Virus record (IMG/VR): IMGVR_UViG_3300042445_003239
Length of the DNA: 64,000 bases
From: an uncultured virus (IMG/VR IMGVR_UViG_3300042445_003239)
Taxonomy: Duplodnaviria; Heunggongvirae; Uroviricota; Caudoviricetes
Strand: one strand, 5' to 3'
Notes under the pieces: model-generated
The model's database searches: none
What the model was told of the DNA's origin: nothing
The model's input: only the letters and a program-made list of their open reading frames with translations
Shown: positions 56,157 to 64,000 of the stretch, piece by piece
Layout: every line of letters begins with the position of its first letter
How positions within the stretch are numbered: position 1 is the first letter of the stretch
Translations under genes and position numbers: made by a program

Positions 56157-56525
56157 ATGAATCTATTGACGGATTTGAATGATAAGAACTTTATGCTTTA
56201 TGCAGCTAAGCATTATAATAATCCAAAGTGTTTGGACTTTGACGAATTTAGTGCTGACCTCGCACATTTAAAGTATGCACGTAAGTTACTAAGGCGATAT
56301 ACTGAAAAAGACATACTACAAGAGCGGCTCATACTTAATCACCTTATCATATTTTATAATATGTTTTATCCTGAAGCTGCAACACGCATGTGCTTTTATC
56401 GTATTGATGAAGAATGTTGGCCTGCACTAAAAACATTCCTACTCTACCTAAATTACATTCCAAAAGGAGAATATATAAATATACCTATTGATCTATTGAT
56501 CGTAAAGAAATTACAAACACTCTAA
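56157..56525 (+). CDS. conserved T4-like hypothetical protein
   Basis: NF.LYA.KHYNNP.C...EF..DL; ERLILNHLI. Confidence 0.8.
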   Translation: MNLLTDLNDKNFMLYAAKHYNNPKCLDFDEFSADLAHLKYARKLLRRYTEKDILQERLILNHLIIFYNMFYPEAATRMCFYRIDEECWPALKTFLLYLNYIPKGEYINIPIDLLIVKKLQTL

Positions 56526-56529
56526 ACTT

Positions 56530-57114
56530 ATGGGACTATTCACACGCGCCGCCGATACATTTTATGCATTTCGATTTCTTCGTTTGCTTACTACACCATG
56601 GCAAAAAATGGGTGCATATAAGTTGGGATTGATAGATGCACAAGGTAATATATTACGCAAGGCTGAAACGAGTGAAGAGCGCAGTAAATATAATGTATTT
56701 CATAAGCTTGTATTTAATGTTAAGCGCTTACTAAATAAGCTACCTTTTGGCAAAACAACAATTGCATCATACCTAGCTGCATTATATCTTATTAAAGAAA
56801 AGACAGGATTATCGGATGAAGCGCTATCAAAGGCGCTTTTAGAAGTTACTGGATTTGATATCAATACTGCGCCGTTAAATGAATCACGTTGGTACCTGAC
56901 AGAAGATCAACATTTACGTGCAGGGCGCTATACATTACGTCATGACGTTGCGCTGCCACTTACAGGCGAAGTCCTAGCTCTTAAAAAGTCACTGGTAACA
57001 ATAAGTGAAAATGTTGCACCATGCGGAACTATTTTTGGCGTACCTGTATATACAGCAACACACAATAAAACACATCAACGGATCCTAATTACTCAACATG
57101 ATATTGTTCAATGA
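56530..57114 (+). CDS. conserved T4-like hypothetical protein
   Basis: RFLRLLTTPW...AYKLGLID..G; FHKLVFNVKRL; SYLAALYLIKE. Confidence 0.8.
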   Translation: MGLFTRAADTFYAFRFLRLLTTPWQKMGAYKLGLIDAQGNILRKAETSEERSKYNVFHKLVFNVKRLLNKLPFGKTTIASYLAALYLIKEKTGLSDEALSKALLEVTGFDINTAPLNESRWYLTEDQHLRAGRYTLRHDVALPLTGEVLALKKSLVTISENVAPCGTIFGVPVYTATHNKTHQRILITQHDIVQ

Positions 57115-57404
57115 AAACTGAAGACACGACAACCGCATCGGTAGCGATGCCACCATCAGATTACCCAAAGACAGGCGCTACATGGCGCTTGTTTAATGTA
57201 CCATCTGAAATATTCCGACGCTTCGAAACAGGTCGTAATAAGTTTGAGCGCTGGGGTAAATACCTAGACTTGGCTGATGACGAGCAACAGAGCTTGTATA
57301 ATTACGCAAAGAAAAATCCAAAACATACCGTCATTTTGAGAGATTCAAATAATGGCGCATTGCGTAGCATACGCCGTCGGGCTATGAATGAAAATCGTAA
57401 ATAA
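57111..57404 (+). CDS. hypothetical protein
   Basis: 97-aa ORF. Confidence 0.65.
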   Translation: MKTEDTTTASVAMPPSDYPKTGATWRLFNVPSEIFRRFETGRNKFERWGKYLDLADDEQQSLYNYAKKNPKHTVILRDSNNGALRSIRRRAMNENRK

Positions 57405-57461
57405 TCTTGTTTACATTTTACTTTATTAGTATATAATAATAGTATACACGCTTTACGATTT

Positions 57462-58466
57462 ATGAATAACGAGACAAAACAACACAGCATTTTTGAAGAA
57501 CAAATTTCACGAAAACCAAACCATTATCCATGGACTGAACAATTCATTGAGGCCATGCATAATGGTTTTTGGACAGATAAAGAATTTAACTTTAGTGCAG
57601 ATGTTCATCAATTCAAGACCGTATTAACAGATCAATATCGTGAGATTATTGTACGCACATTGAGTGCTGTTGGTCAAATTGAAGTTGCGGTAAAAACATT
57701 CTGGGCAAAACTTGGAGAAAACTTGCCGCATCCTGCACTACAAGACTTGGGTTATGTAATGGCCAACATTGAAGTTATTCATAACAGCGCATATGAGCGG
57801 TTGCTATCTGTTCTTGAACTTGAAGATATCTTTGAAGAGAACCTCAAGCTGGAATGGATTCAAGGACGAGTTAAGTATCTTAAGAAATATACACACCGTT
57901 TTTATAAGGATAGCAAAAAGCAATACCTATATGCTCTTATCTTGTTTACTCTATTTGTTGAAAACGTAAGTCTCTTTAGCCAATTTTATGTAATTAATTG
58001 GTTTGCTACATTTAAGAATGTGCTTAAAGATACTGACCAACAAGTTAAGTATACTCGCAATGAAGAAAATATTCATGCACTTGTTGGTATTAAGATTATT
58101 AATACCATACGTGAAGAGCATCCTGAACTCTTTGACGCTGAACTTGAAGAGCGCATTGCAAGTGAAGCAATCGAGGCATTTAAAGCTGAGAGCAAGATTG
58201 TTGATTGGATGGTTAACGGCGTAAACGAACACGGACTAAGTGCACCAATTCTTAAAGAGTTTATCAAGAGTCGTATAAATGAAAGCATGGTTGCAATTGG
58301 ATTTGCACAACCTTTCACATGCGATGAGACACTGCTAAAAGATACTCTTTGGTTTGACGAGCAGTTGCATGGTAATAACATGACCGACTTTTTCCATAGC
58401 CGCCCAACGGAATATAGCAAAAAAGGCCAAAGCTTTAGCGAAGACGATTTGTTTGATTTGTTTTAA
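57462..58466 (+). CDS. nrdB: ribonucleotide reductase class I beta subunit
   Basis: YPW, E.IH..AY, ENVSLFSQF, EENIH, DFF..RPTEY; promoter at 57410-37. Confidence 0.95.
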   Translation: MNNETKQHSIFEEQISRKPNHYPWTEQFIEAMHNGFWTDKEFNFSADVHQFKTVLTDQYREIIVRTLSAVGQIEVAVKTFWAKLGENLPHPALQDLGYVMANIEVIHNSAYERLLSVLELEDIFEENLKLEWIQGRVKYLKKYTHRFYKDSKKQYLYALILFTLFVENVSLFSQFYVINWFATFKNVLKDTDQQVKYTRNEENIHALVGIKIINTIREEHPELFDAELEERIASEAIEAFKAESKIVDWMVNGVNEHGLSAPILKEFIKSRINESMVAIGFAQPFTCDETLLKDTLWFDEQLHGNNMTDFFHSRPTEYSKKGQSFSEDDLFDLF

Positions 58467-58486
58467 GCGATATATAAATTTAGATT

Positions 58487-60139
58487 ATGAATGAACAAAT
58501 ACATTGGTTGAATGCCGATTCAAGAAAATTCCTTGAACGTGGCTATTTGGTAGAAGGCGAAACGCCTGAGGCGCGCATGGCTGATATTGCGGCGCATGCA
58601 GAGAAATTATTAAATCTTAAAGGCTTTGGCTCAAAATTTTTAGGTTACTTACATGCTGGTTATTATTCTTTAAGCAGCCCAATCTGGAGCAACTTTGGAC
58701 GTAAGCGCGGGTTACCTATTAGTTGCTTTGGCAGTTATATTAGCGATTCGCTTGAAGAAATTGCTGGCAGTAAATATGCTGAGATTGCAATGATGACAAA
58801 GCATGGCGGAGGAACAAGCGCATACTTTGGTGATGTACGTGGACGCGGCGCACCTATTAACAGCGGAGGAACAAGTACTGGTGCAGTCCATTTTATGGAG
58901 CTGTATGAAGGACTTATGGATGTTGTCTCGCAAGGCAATGTACGACGTGGCTCCTTTGCGGCATACCTACCAATTGATCATCCAGATATTGAAGAATTTT
59001 TAAAAATTCGAGGTGAAGGCCATAAGATACAAAATATGAGTATTGGCGTTACTGTTAGTGATGAATGGATGAATTTAATGAAGGCGGGCGATAAAGAAAA
59101 ACGTTCGGTATGGGGCAAGGTTATCAAGAAACGATTTGAGAGTGGATATCCATACATTTTCTTTAGTGATAACGCAAACAATGCTGCACCGCAGGTTTAT
59201 AAGGATAAAGGTAAAACTATTCATGCCAGTAACTTATGCAGTGAAATTTTCCTAAGCACAACGGCCGACGAAAGTTTTGTATGCAATCTTAGCAGCCTCA
59301 ACCTTGAGCTGTGGGACGAACTTGCGCAGACAGATGCCATACAAACACTCGTATATTTCTTGGATGCCGTTATGACGGAATTTATAGACAAGACCGAAGG
59401 TATGGCTCACATGAGCGCGCCACGTAATTTTGCAATACGCCAACGTGCATTGGGCGTAGGAGTACTAGGTTGGCATAATTACCTACAAAAGAATGATGTT
59501 GCATTTGAGAGTATTGAAGCACAAGCACGTAACATTCAAATTTGGAGTAAGATACGTGAAGACGCCGATGCAGCAACAACGGAACTTGCCACACTATATG
59601 GAGAGCCTGAGTTGCTTGTTGGTTATGGGCGCCGTAATACAACAACACTGGCGGTTGCACCTACAACAAGCAGCAGCTTTATCTTAGGACAAGTAAGTCC
59701 AAGTATTGAGCCGCTTAATAGTAATTACTTTGTTAAGGATCTTGCCAAAGGTAAATTCACATTTAAGAATCCTTATCTTAAAACATTGCTGCAGCGCAAA
59801 GGATTGGATAAATCTGATGTTTGGAAAGATATACTTGTTCATGGTGGCAGCGTGCAACACTTAACAACACTAACTCCTGAAGAGCGCGCTGTATTTAAAA
59901 CGTTTGGCGAAATTTCTCAGAAGGATATTATTATTCAAGCTGCACAACGCCAACCATACATTGACCAAGGGCAGAGTTTAAACATCATGATTTCATCTGA
60001 TGCAAAGCCAAAGCTTGTAAATGAACTTATGATCTTTGCCTGGGAGAACGGCATTAAGAGCTTGTATTATCAACGTGGTACAAATCCTTCACAAGAACTT
60101 GCACGTTCAATTACAACCTGCACTACATGTGAAGCATAA
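58487..60139 (+). CDS. nrdA: ribonucleotide reductase class I alpha subunit (no ATP cone)
   Basis: PISCF, GGGT, RRG..A.YL, SNLCSEI, CNLSSLN, APT, SLYY, C-terminal CTTC. Confidence 0.95.
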   Translation: MNEQIHWLNADSRKFLERGYLVEGETPEARMADIAAHAEKLLNLKGFGSKFLGYLHAGYYSLSSPIWSNFGRKRGLPISCFGSYISDSLEEIAGSKYAEIAMMTKHGGGTSAYFGDVRGRGAPINSGGTSTGAVHFMELYEGLMDVVSQGNVRRGSFAAYLPIDHPDIEEFLKIRGEGHKIQNMSIGVTVSDEWMNLMKAGDKEKRSVWGKVIKKRFESGYPYIFFSDNANNAAPQVYKDKGKTIHASNLCSEIFLSTTADESFVCNLSSLNLELWDELAQTDAIQTLVYFLDAVMTEFIDKTEGMAHMSAPRNFAIRQRALGVGVLGWHNYLQKNDVAFESIEAQARNIQIWSKIREDADAATTELATLYGEPELLVGYGRRNTTTLAVAPTTSSSFILGQVSPSIEPLNSNYFVKDLAKGKFTFKNPYLKTLLQRKGLDKSDVWKDILVHGGSVQHLTTLTPEERAVFKTFGEISQKDIIIQAAQRQPYIDQGQSLNIMISSDAKPKLVNELMIFAWENGIKSLYYQRGTNPSQELARSITTCTTCEA

Positions 60140-60144
60140 AGACA

Positions 60145-60342
60145 ATGAACGAAAATAATAGATGCCCAAAATGCAAGTATGTATATGAAGTTATTTGGGA
60201 CGATGATGACGACAAATACTATTGTGACGATGAAGACGATTTTGGCGACCTAGAACGCGATGAATTATATCCAGAGTTTTGCCCGTTTTGTGGTACACAC
60301 CATTTGTATGGCACCGAAGGCGACTCAGAAGACGATGAATAA
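60145..60342 (+). CDS. small acidic zinc-ribbon protein
   Basis: CPKC...CPFCG. Confidence 0.65.
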   Translation: MNENNRCPKCKYVYEVIWDDDDDKYYCDDEDDFGDLERDELYPEFCPFCGTHHLYGTEGDSEDDE

Positions 60343-60351
60343 ATAAATCGT

Positions 60352-60786
60352 ATGAGTCCATGGACGTATCAAAATAACACTTTTACTAAAGAAGATGCCG
60401 AACTAAAAATTGCAGAAGGCTGCATTGGATTCATCTATGAAATTACAGATGTATTAAACGGCAAAAAGTATATCGGCAAAAAGCTGTTAATTACAAAAAG
60501 AAAACGTCCACCGCTGAAAGGCCAAAAACGAAAGCGTATTGACATTATTCAAAGTGATTGGGCAAAGTACTATGGCAGCAGTGAAAAAGTTAAGCTTTTG
60601 GTTGATGAACGTCCAGCTGATTTTCGGCGTGAAATACTTGAGTTTTGTAAAGCAAAAGGTGAACTATCTTATATTGAAGCAAAGTGGCAATTCACTAAAG
60701 AAGTGCTATTGACAGATGATTATTACAATGAGTTTATCGGTGTGAAAATACACAGCGCTCATGTGAAAAATTTATGGAAAAAATGA
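60352..60786 (+). CDS. GIY-YIG-type endonuclease-like protein
   Basis: GFIYEIT...KKYIGKK, W.KYYGS, FRREIL, YYN. Confidence 0.75.
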   Translation: MSPWTYQNNTFTKEDAELKIAEGCIGFIYEITDVLNGKKYIGKKLLITKRKRPPLKGQKRKRIDIIQSDWAKYYGSSEKVKLLVDERPADFRREILEFCKAKGELSYIEAKWQFTKEVLLTDDYYNEFIGVKIHSAHVKNLWKK

Positions 60787-60822
60787 TTTACAAACTAGGC
60801 AAATTAGTATATAATAAACCGT

Positions 60823-61692
60823 ATGCAAATTGTAGACTATAGCGGAATTGCTATTGCGGGAATCTTCTCTCAATCAGCGCGGGGAAATATTACTGAAGAT
60901 TTTATGCGTCATATTATTCTCAATAGCTTGAGAATGTATAATGTCAAATACCGTGATAAGTATGGACGCATGATTCTCGCTGTTGACAGTGGAAGTTGGC
61001 GCAAAAAATATTATCCTGAATATAAGGCATCACGCAAAAAGAATAGAGACTCATCTCCATTAGATTGGGATATGATCTTTGGCATTATTAATACAGTACG
61101 TGATGAGATTATAGAGCATATGCCATATAGTGTTGTTGGTGCACCACACGCAGAAGCCGATGATGTTATTGCAACACTTGTTGAAAATACACAAGAGTTT
61201 GGTTCTTATGAACCAGTCATGATCATTAGCGCTGATAAAGATTTTATCCAGCTGCAAAAGTATGATAATGTAACTCAATTTAGTCCAATGACTAAAAAAC
61301 TAATTACAGACTCAAATCCACATCGTTACCTATGTGAACATATCTTCCGTGGGGACAGCGGAGATGGTGTACCAAATGTACTCTCTGAAGATCGCGTGTT
61401 TGTTGACGGTGGACGTCAAAAACCATTAAGCGCTAAGAAGATTGATGAATGGTATGCTGCACTGAAAAAAGGCAACCTTAGGGACGTTATGCCAGATGAC
61501 GTCTATCGTAACTATTCTCGCAATTCACGTGTCATTGACTTATCGTGTATACCTGATGAAGTGGTACAAAAAATCAATGAAGCTTATGCCGCGGCACCAG
61601 CAAAATCCAACAGTAAGGTATTAAATTATCTTATCTCCAAAAGATGTAATATGTTGGTAGATTGTGCCGAAGAATTTTTCACATATAAATAA
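60823..61692 (+). CDS. rnh: RNase H / 5'-3' exonuclease (T4 rnh-like)
   Basis: SWRK..YPEYKA.R, EADDVI, SADKDF.QL, GDSGDGVPN; promoter 60787-815. Confidence 0.92.
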   Translation: MQIVDYSGIAIAGIFSQSARGNITEDFMRHIILNSLRMYNVKYRDKYGRMILAVDSGSWRKKYYPEYKASRKKNRDSSPLDWDMIFGIINTVRDEIIEHMPYSVVGAPHAEADDVIATLVENTQEFGSYEPVMIISADKDFIQLQKYDNVTQFSPMTKKLITDSNPHRYLCEHIFRGDSGDGVPNVLSEDRVFVDGGRQKPLSAKKIDEWYAALKKGNLRDVMPDDVYRNYSRNSRVIDLSCIPDEVVQKINEAYAAAPAKSNSKVLNYLISKRCNMLVDCAEEFFTYK

Positions 61693-61703
61693 GAATGTAG
61701 ATT

Positions 61704-62147
61704 ATGAAAACAGCAAAAAATAATGTAAATAAATTACCGTTTGAGGTATTTGAAGCCGTGCAGACTGCTGATAAACAGGCAGATAGAATTGCGCTGCTAC
61801 AAGAGAATGAGAGTTATGAATTAAAAACAATCTTACAAGCAGCCTTTAGAGCTGATATTGTTTTTGACTTGCCGGCAGGCGCTCCTCCATATACGGTTAA
61901 TCCATCGCCAGCTGGTATGATGCACATGTCAATGAAAAAACATGTTAATATGCTGCCATTACTACTTGTAGGAAATCCACGTTGGCCTAAAATGAAAAAG
62001 GAGATGTCCTTTATTCGTCTGCTTGAAGAGGTATGTGAAAAGGATGCTGAGATTTTTATTGCTATGAAAGATAAAGCGTTGACTAAAAAATATTCGACGC
62101 TTACGCCTTCATTGGTTAAAAAGGCATTCACGGACCTAGGAATTTAA
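61704..62147 (+). CDS. conserved T4-like hypothetical protein
   Basis: LP.G.PPY; KKE..FI.LLE; K.K.L. Confidence 0.7.
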   Translation: MKTAKNNVNKLPFEVFEAVQTADKQADRIALLQENESYELKTILQAAFRADIVFDLPAGAPPYTVNPSPAGMMHMSMKKHVNMLPLLLVGNPRWPKMKKEMSFIRLLEEVCEKDAEIFIAMKDKALTKKYSTLTPSLVKKAFTDLGI

Positions 62148-62150
62148 AAT

Positions 62151-62408
62151 ATGACATATTCATATAACTGCAAGAGTTGTGCCGCCGTATGGGATCTAAG
62201 GCTACCTTTGGATTCTCGTGACGCGCCGTGCGCAGATTCTTGTCCACATTGCAAATGCGTCGATTGTGTAATGCGAACTATAGCCGCACCGGCGCTTTCA
62301 TATGCTGGTGGGTTGACTGTATTGCAACGCGCAGGGAGCGGATGGAATGATGTATTAAATAAGGTTAAGAAGAGTAGCGGAAGACAAAGTAAAATTGAAA
62401 CACGATAA
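62151..62408 (+). CDS. FmdB-like zinc-ribbon protein
   Basis: YSYNCKSC...CPHC...GWNDVL. Confidence 0.75.
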   Translation: MTYSYNCKSCAAVWDLRLPLDSRDAPCADSCPHCKCVDCVMRTIAAPALSYAGGLTVLQRAGSGWNDVLNKVKKSSGRQSKIETR

Positions 62409-62565
62409 AAGTACTTATGAAAAAAGGTAAAAAAAATCGAGATCGTAATAAACGTAATGTAGATGAAGGTGCGCGTAAATATAAGCAAAAGAATAGCCGC
62501 TTTGAAGATGCACGCAAAAACAAAGAAACACACCGTAATATCTTTACTGAATGGGACTATTTAAA

Positions 62566-63267
62566 ATGAAGATAGCTCGCAAATGTTTCAAGCACACTCC
62601 TGTTAAGCTAGATTATGACGATCTTGATGCAGTCACTGGAAAAACTGGACGCCAATATGTTACACCAGACGGACGTCGTTATCCTAGCATTACAACAGTA
62701 TTAAGTGTACTTAGCAAGGATGGTATACGTGAATGGCGCGCACGTGTAGGCGAAGAAGAAGCAAATCGTGTTATGCGGCATGCTGCAACACGTGGTACTG
62801 CAATGCATACCATTGCAGAGCGTTATCTTAATAATGAAGAGCACTATTTTGATCCTCAAGAAATGCCTCACGTGAAGGGTATGTTTGGCGCAATACAAAC
62901 TATCATTGACGCAAACATTGATGAAGTTGTGCTACAAGAATGTCCTCTTTATAGCAATCATCTTGGCGTTGCAGGTCGTGTGGATCTTGTTGCAAAATTT
63001 AATGGTAAACATAGTATTGTTGACTTTAAGACAAGCTCTCGTGTAAAGACACGTGATCATATACAGAGCTATTTCATGCAGGCTGCAGCATATGCAATCA
63101 TGTTTGAAGAACGCACTGGTATACCTGTGCCACAACTAGTAATACTTATGGCCGTTGAAAATTCAACAGAGCCTCTCGTTTTTGTTGAGAAGAGAGACAC
63201 CTGGGTTCCTGGGTTGATAGATACAATAAATGAATACAATAAAAGTAAACTATTCGGACATGCATAA
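62566..63267 (+). CDS. PD-(D/E)xK exonuclease
   Basis: YPSITTVLS, RGT.MH, AGRVD, VDFKTS, YFMQ..AYA. Confidence 0.88.
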   Translation: MKIARKCFKHTPVKLDYDDLDAVTGKTGRQYVTPDGRRYPSITTVLSVLSKDGIREWRARVGEEEANRVMRHAATRGTAMHTIAERYLNNEEHYFDPQEMPHVKGMFGAIQTIIDANIDEVVLQECPLYSNHLGVAGRVDLVAKFNGKHSIVDFKTSSRVKTRDHIQSYFMQAAAYAIMFEERTGIPVPQLVILMAVENSTEPLVFVEKRDTWVPGLIDTINEYNKSKLFGHA

Positions 63268-63913
63268 AAATAATAAAAATAAAAATAACGCCGAACTATT
63301 CGGCAAACTATTCAAACCTGACAATACGCATTCATATGCAAATGACTATGGAGCAGTAAAGGAATATTACCTTAGTGATACTATTGGTGACCCATCAGAA
63401 TATGTTGATTGGTTTCATGATATACGTAATAGCCGCCCAACTGATGTAATTAAACTTCACATTAATTGCCCAGGCGGTAACATCTTTACAACCATTCAAT
63501 TCTTACAAGCACTATCTGAAACGGAAGCGCATATCATTGCAAGTGTTGAAGGAGCATGCATGAGCGCAGCAACTCTTATCTTCCTTATGGCAGATGAATA
63601 TATGATTACTGATCATAGTGTATTCTTGTTTCACAACTATAGCTCACAAACAATGGGCAAAGGTGGCGAGATGTATAGCTGCTTAATTCACGAGCGTGGA
63701 TGGAGTGAACGTCTCTTTAAGGATATGTATACGGACTTCTTGAGTGAAGCTGAAATTAAAGATATGATTGAAGACCGTGACATTTGGATGACTGCAGCCG
63801 AAGTAATGACACGTCTTGAGGCACGCACTGCAGCACGTGAGGCTGCAGAAGCTGCCTCAGCGGCACCACAGCCTACTCCTAAGACTGCCAAAAAATCTAA
63901 GAAAGACTCATAA
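63260..63913 (+). CDS. ClpP-like serine protease
   Basis: INCPGG, CMSAATLI (Ser), LFH (His), DIWMTA. Confidence 0.85.
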   Translation: MHKNNKNKNNAELFGKLFKPDNTHSYANDYGAVKEYYLSDTIGDPSEYVDWFHDIRNSRPTDVIKLHINCPGGNIFTTIQFLQALSETEAHIIASVEGACMSAATLIFLMADEYMITDHSVFLFHNYSSQTMGKGGEMYSCLIHERGWSERLFKDMYTDFLSEAEIKDMIEDRDIWMTAAEVMTRLEARTAAREAAEAASAAPQPTPKTAKKSKKDS

Positions 63914-63931
63914 GGTCATCTCATATTTCAT

Positions 63932-63970
63932 AAAAACCGCATCTGGCCGCGTGCTTAGATGCGGTTTTTT
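63932..63970 (+). terminator. rho-independent terminator
   Basis: AAAAACCGCATCT...AGATGCGGTTTTTT. Confidence 0.8.
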
Positions 63971-64000
63971 GCGTCTTTTACACCATATACAATATAGGAA

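Noticed and set aside
62566..63267. Cas4 of a CRISPR system
   Set aside because: Common T4-like PD-(D/E)xK exonuclease; no Fe-S cysteine cluster, array or other cas genes
1..64000. tRNA or rRNA genes
   Set aside because: No cloverleaf or T-arm consensus noticed by eye; a tRNAscan run would be needed to exclude them fully

Overview
A 64-kb segment of an AT-rich, T4-like (Tevenvirinae-grade) myophage genome, almost entirely coded on the + strand. (1) 1-34 kb is an early/accessory region of small ORFs behind repeated sigma70-type promoters (TTTACA-N17-TATAAT, often preceded by stem-loops). It carries ThyX, Pth2, gmd/fcl, a macrodomain, RNA ligase 1, two metallophosphoesterases and a nucleotidyltransferase. 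(2) 35-47.6 kb holds PhoH, a gp42-like dCMP hydroxymethylase with a sugar-nucleotide/glycosyltransferase/C5-MTase-like cluster, UvsX and a gp41 helicase. (3) 47.6-64 kb holds late genes with capsid-targeting-like N-termini, NrdB/NrdA, RNase H, an exonuclease and a ClpP-like protease. Most notable: (a) a GC-rich 3.2-kb block (about 20945-24125) is an array of about ten integron-type cassettes. It has nine complete attC-like hairpins and a relay of complementary R boxes, the genes run antisense to canonical cassette orientation with stop/start codons inside the hairpin loops, and no integrase is in the window. (b) The helicase is split into three ORFs joined by two split inteins, each interrupted by a free-standing endonuclease; one endonuclease promoter overlaps a codon-level mimic of the intein-less insertion site. 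(c) About 20 translationally coupled mini-ORFs are built from Ser-Val-x-x tetrapeptide repeats, next to a DUF6745-like gene pair. (d) A possibly novel hmC glycosylation pathway. All family assignments are by eye from motifs; no database search was run.
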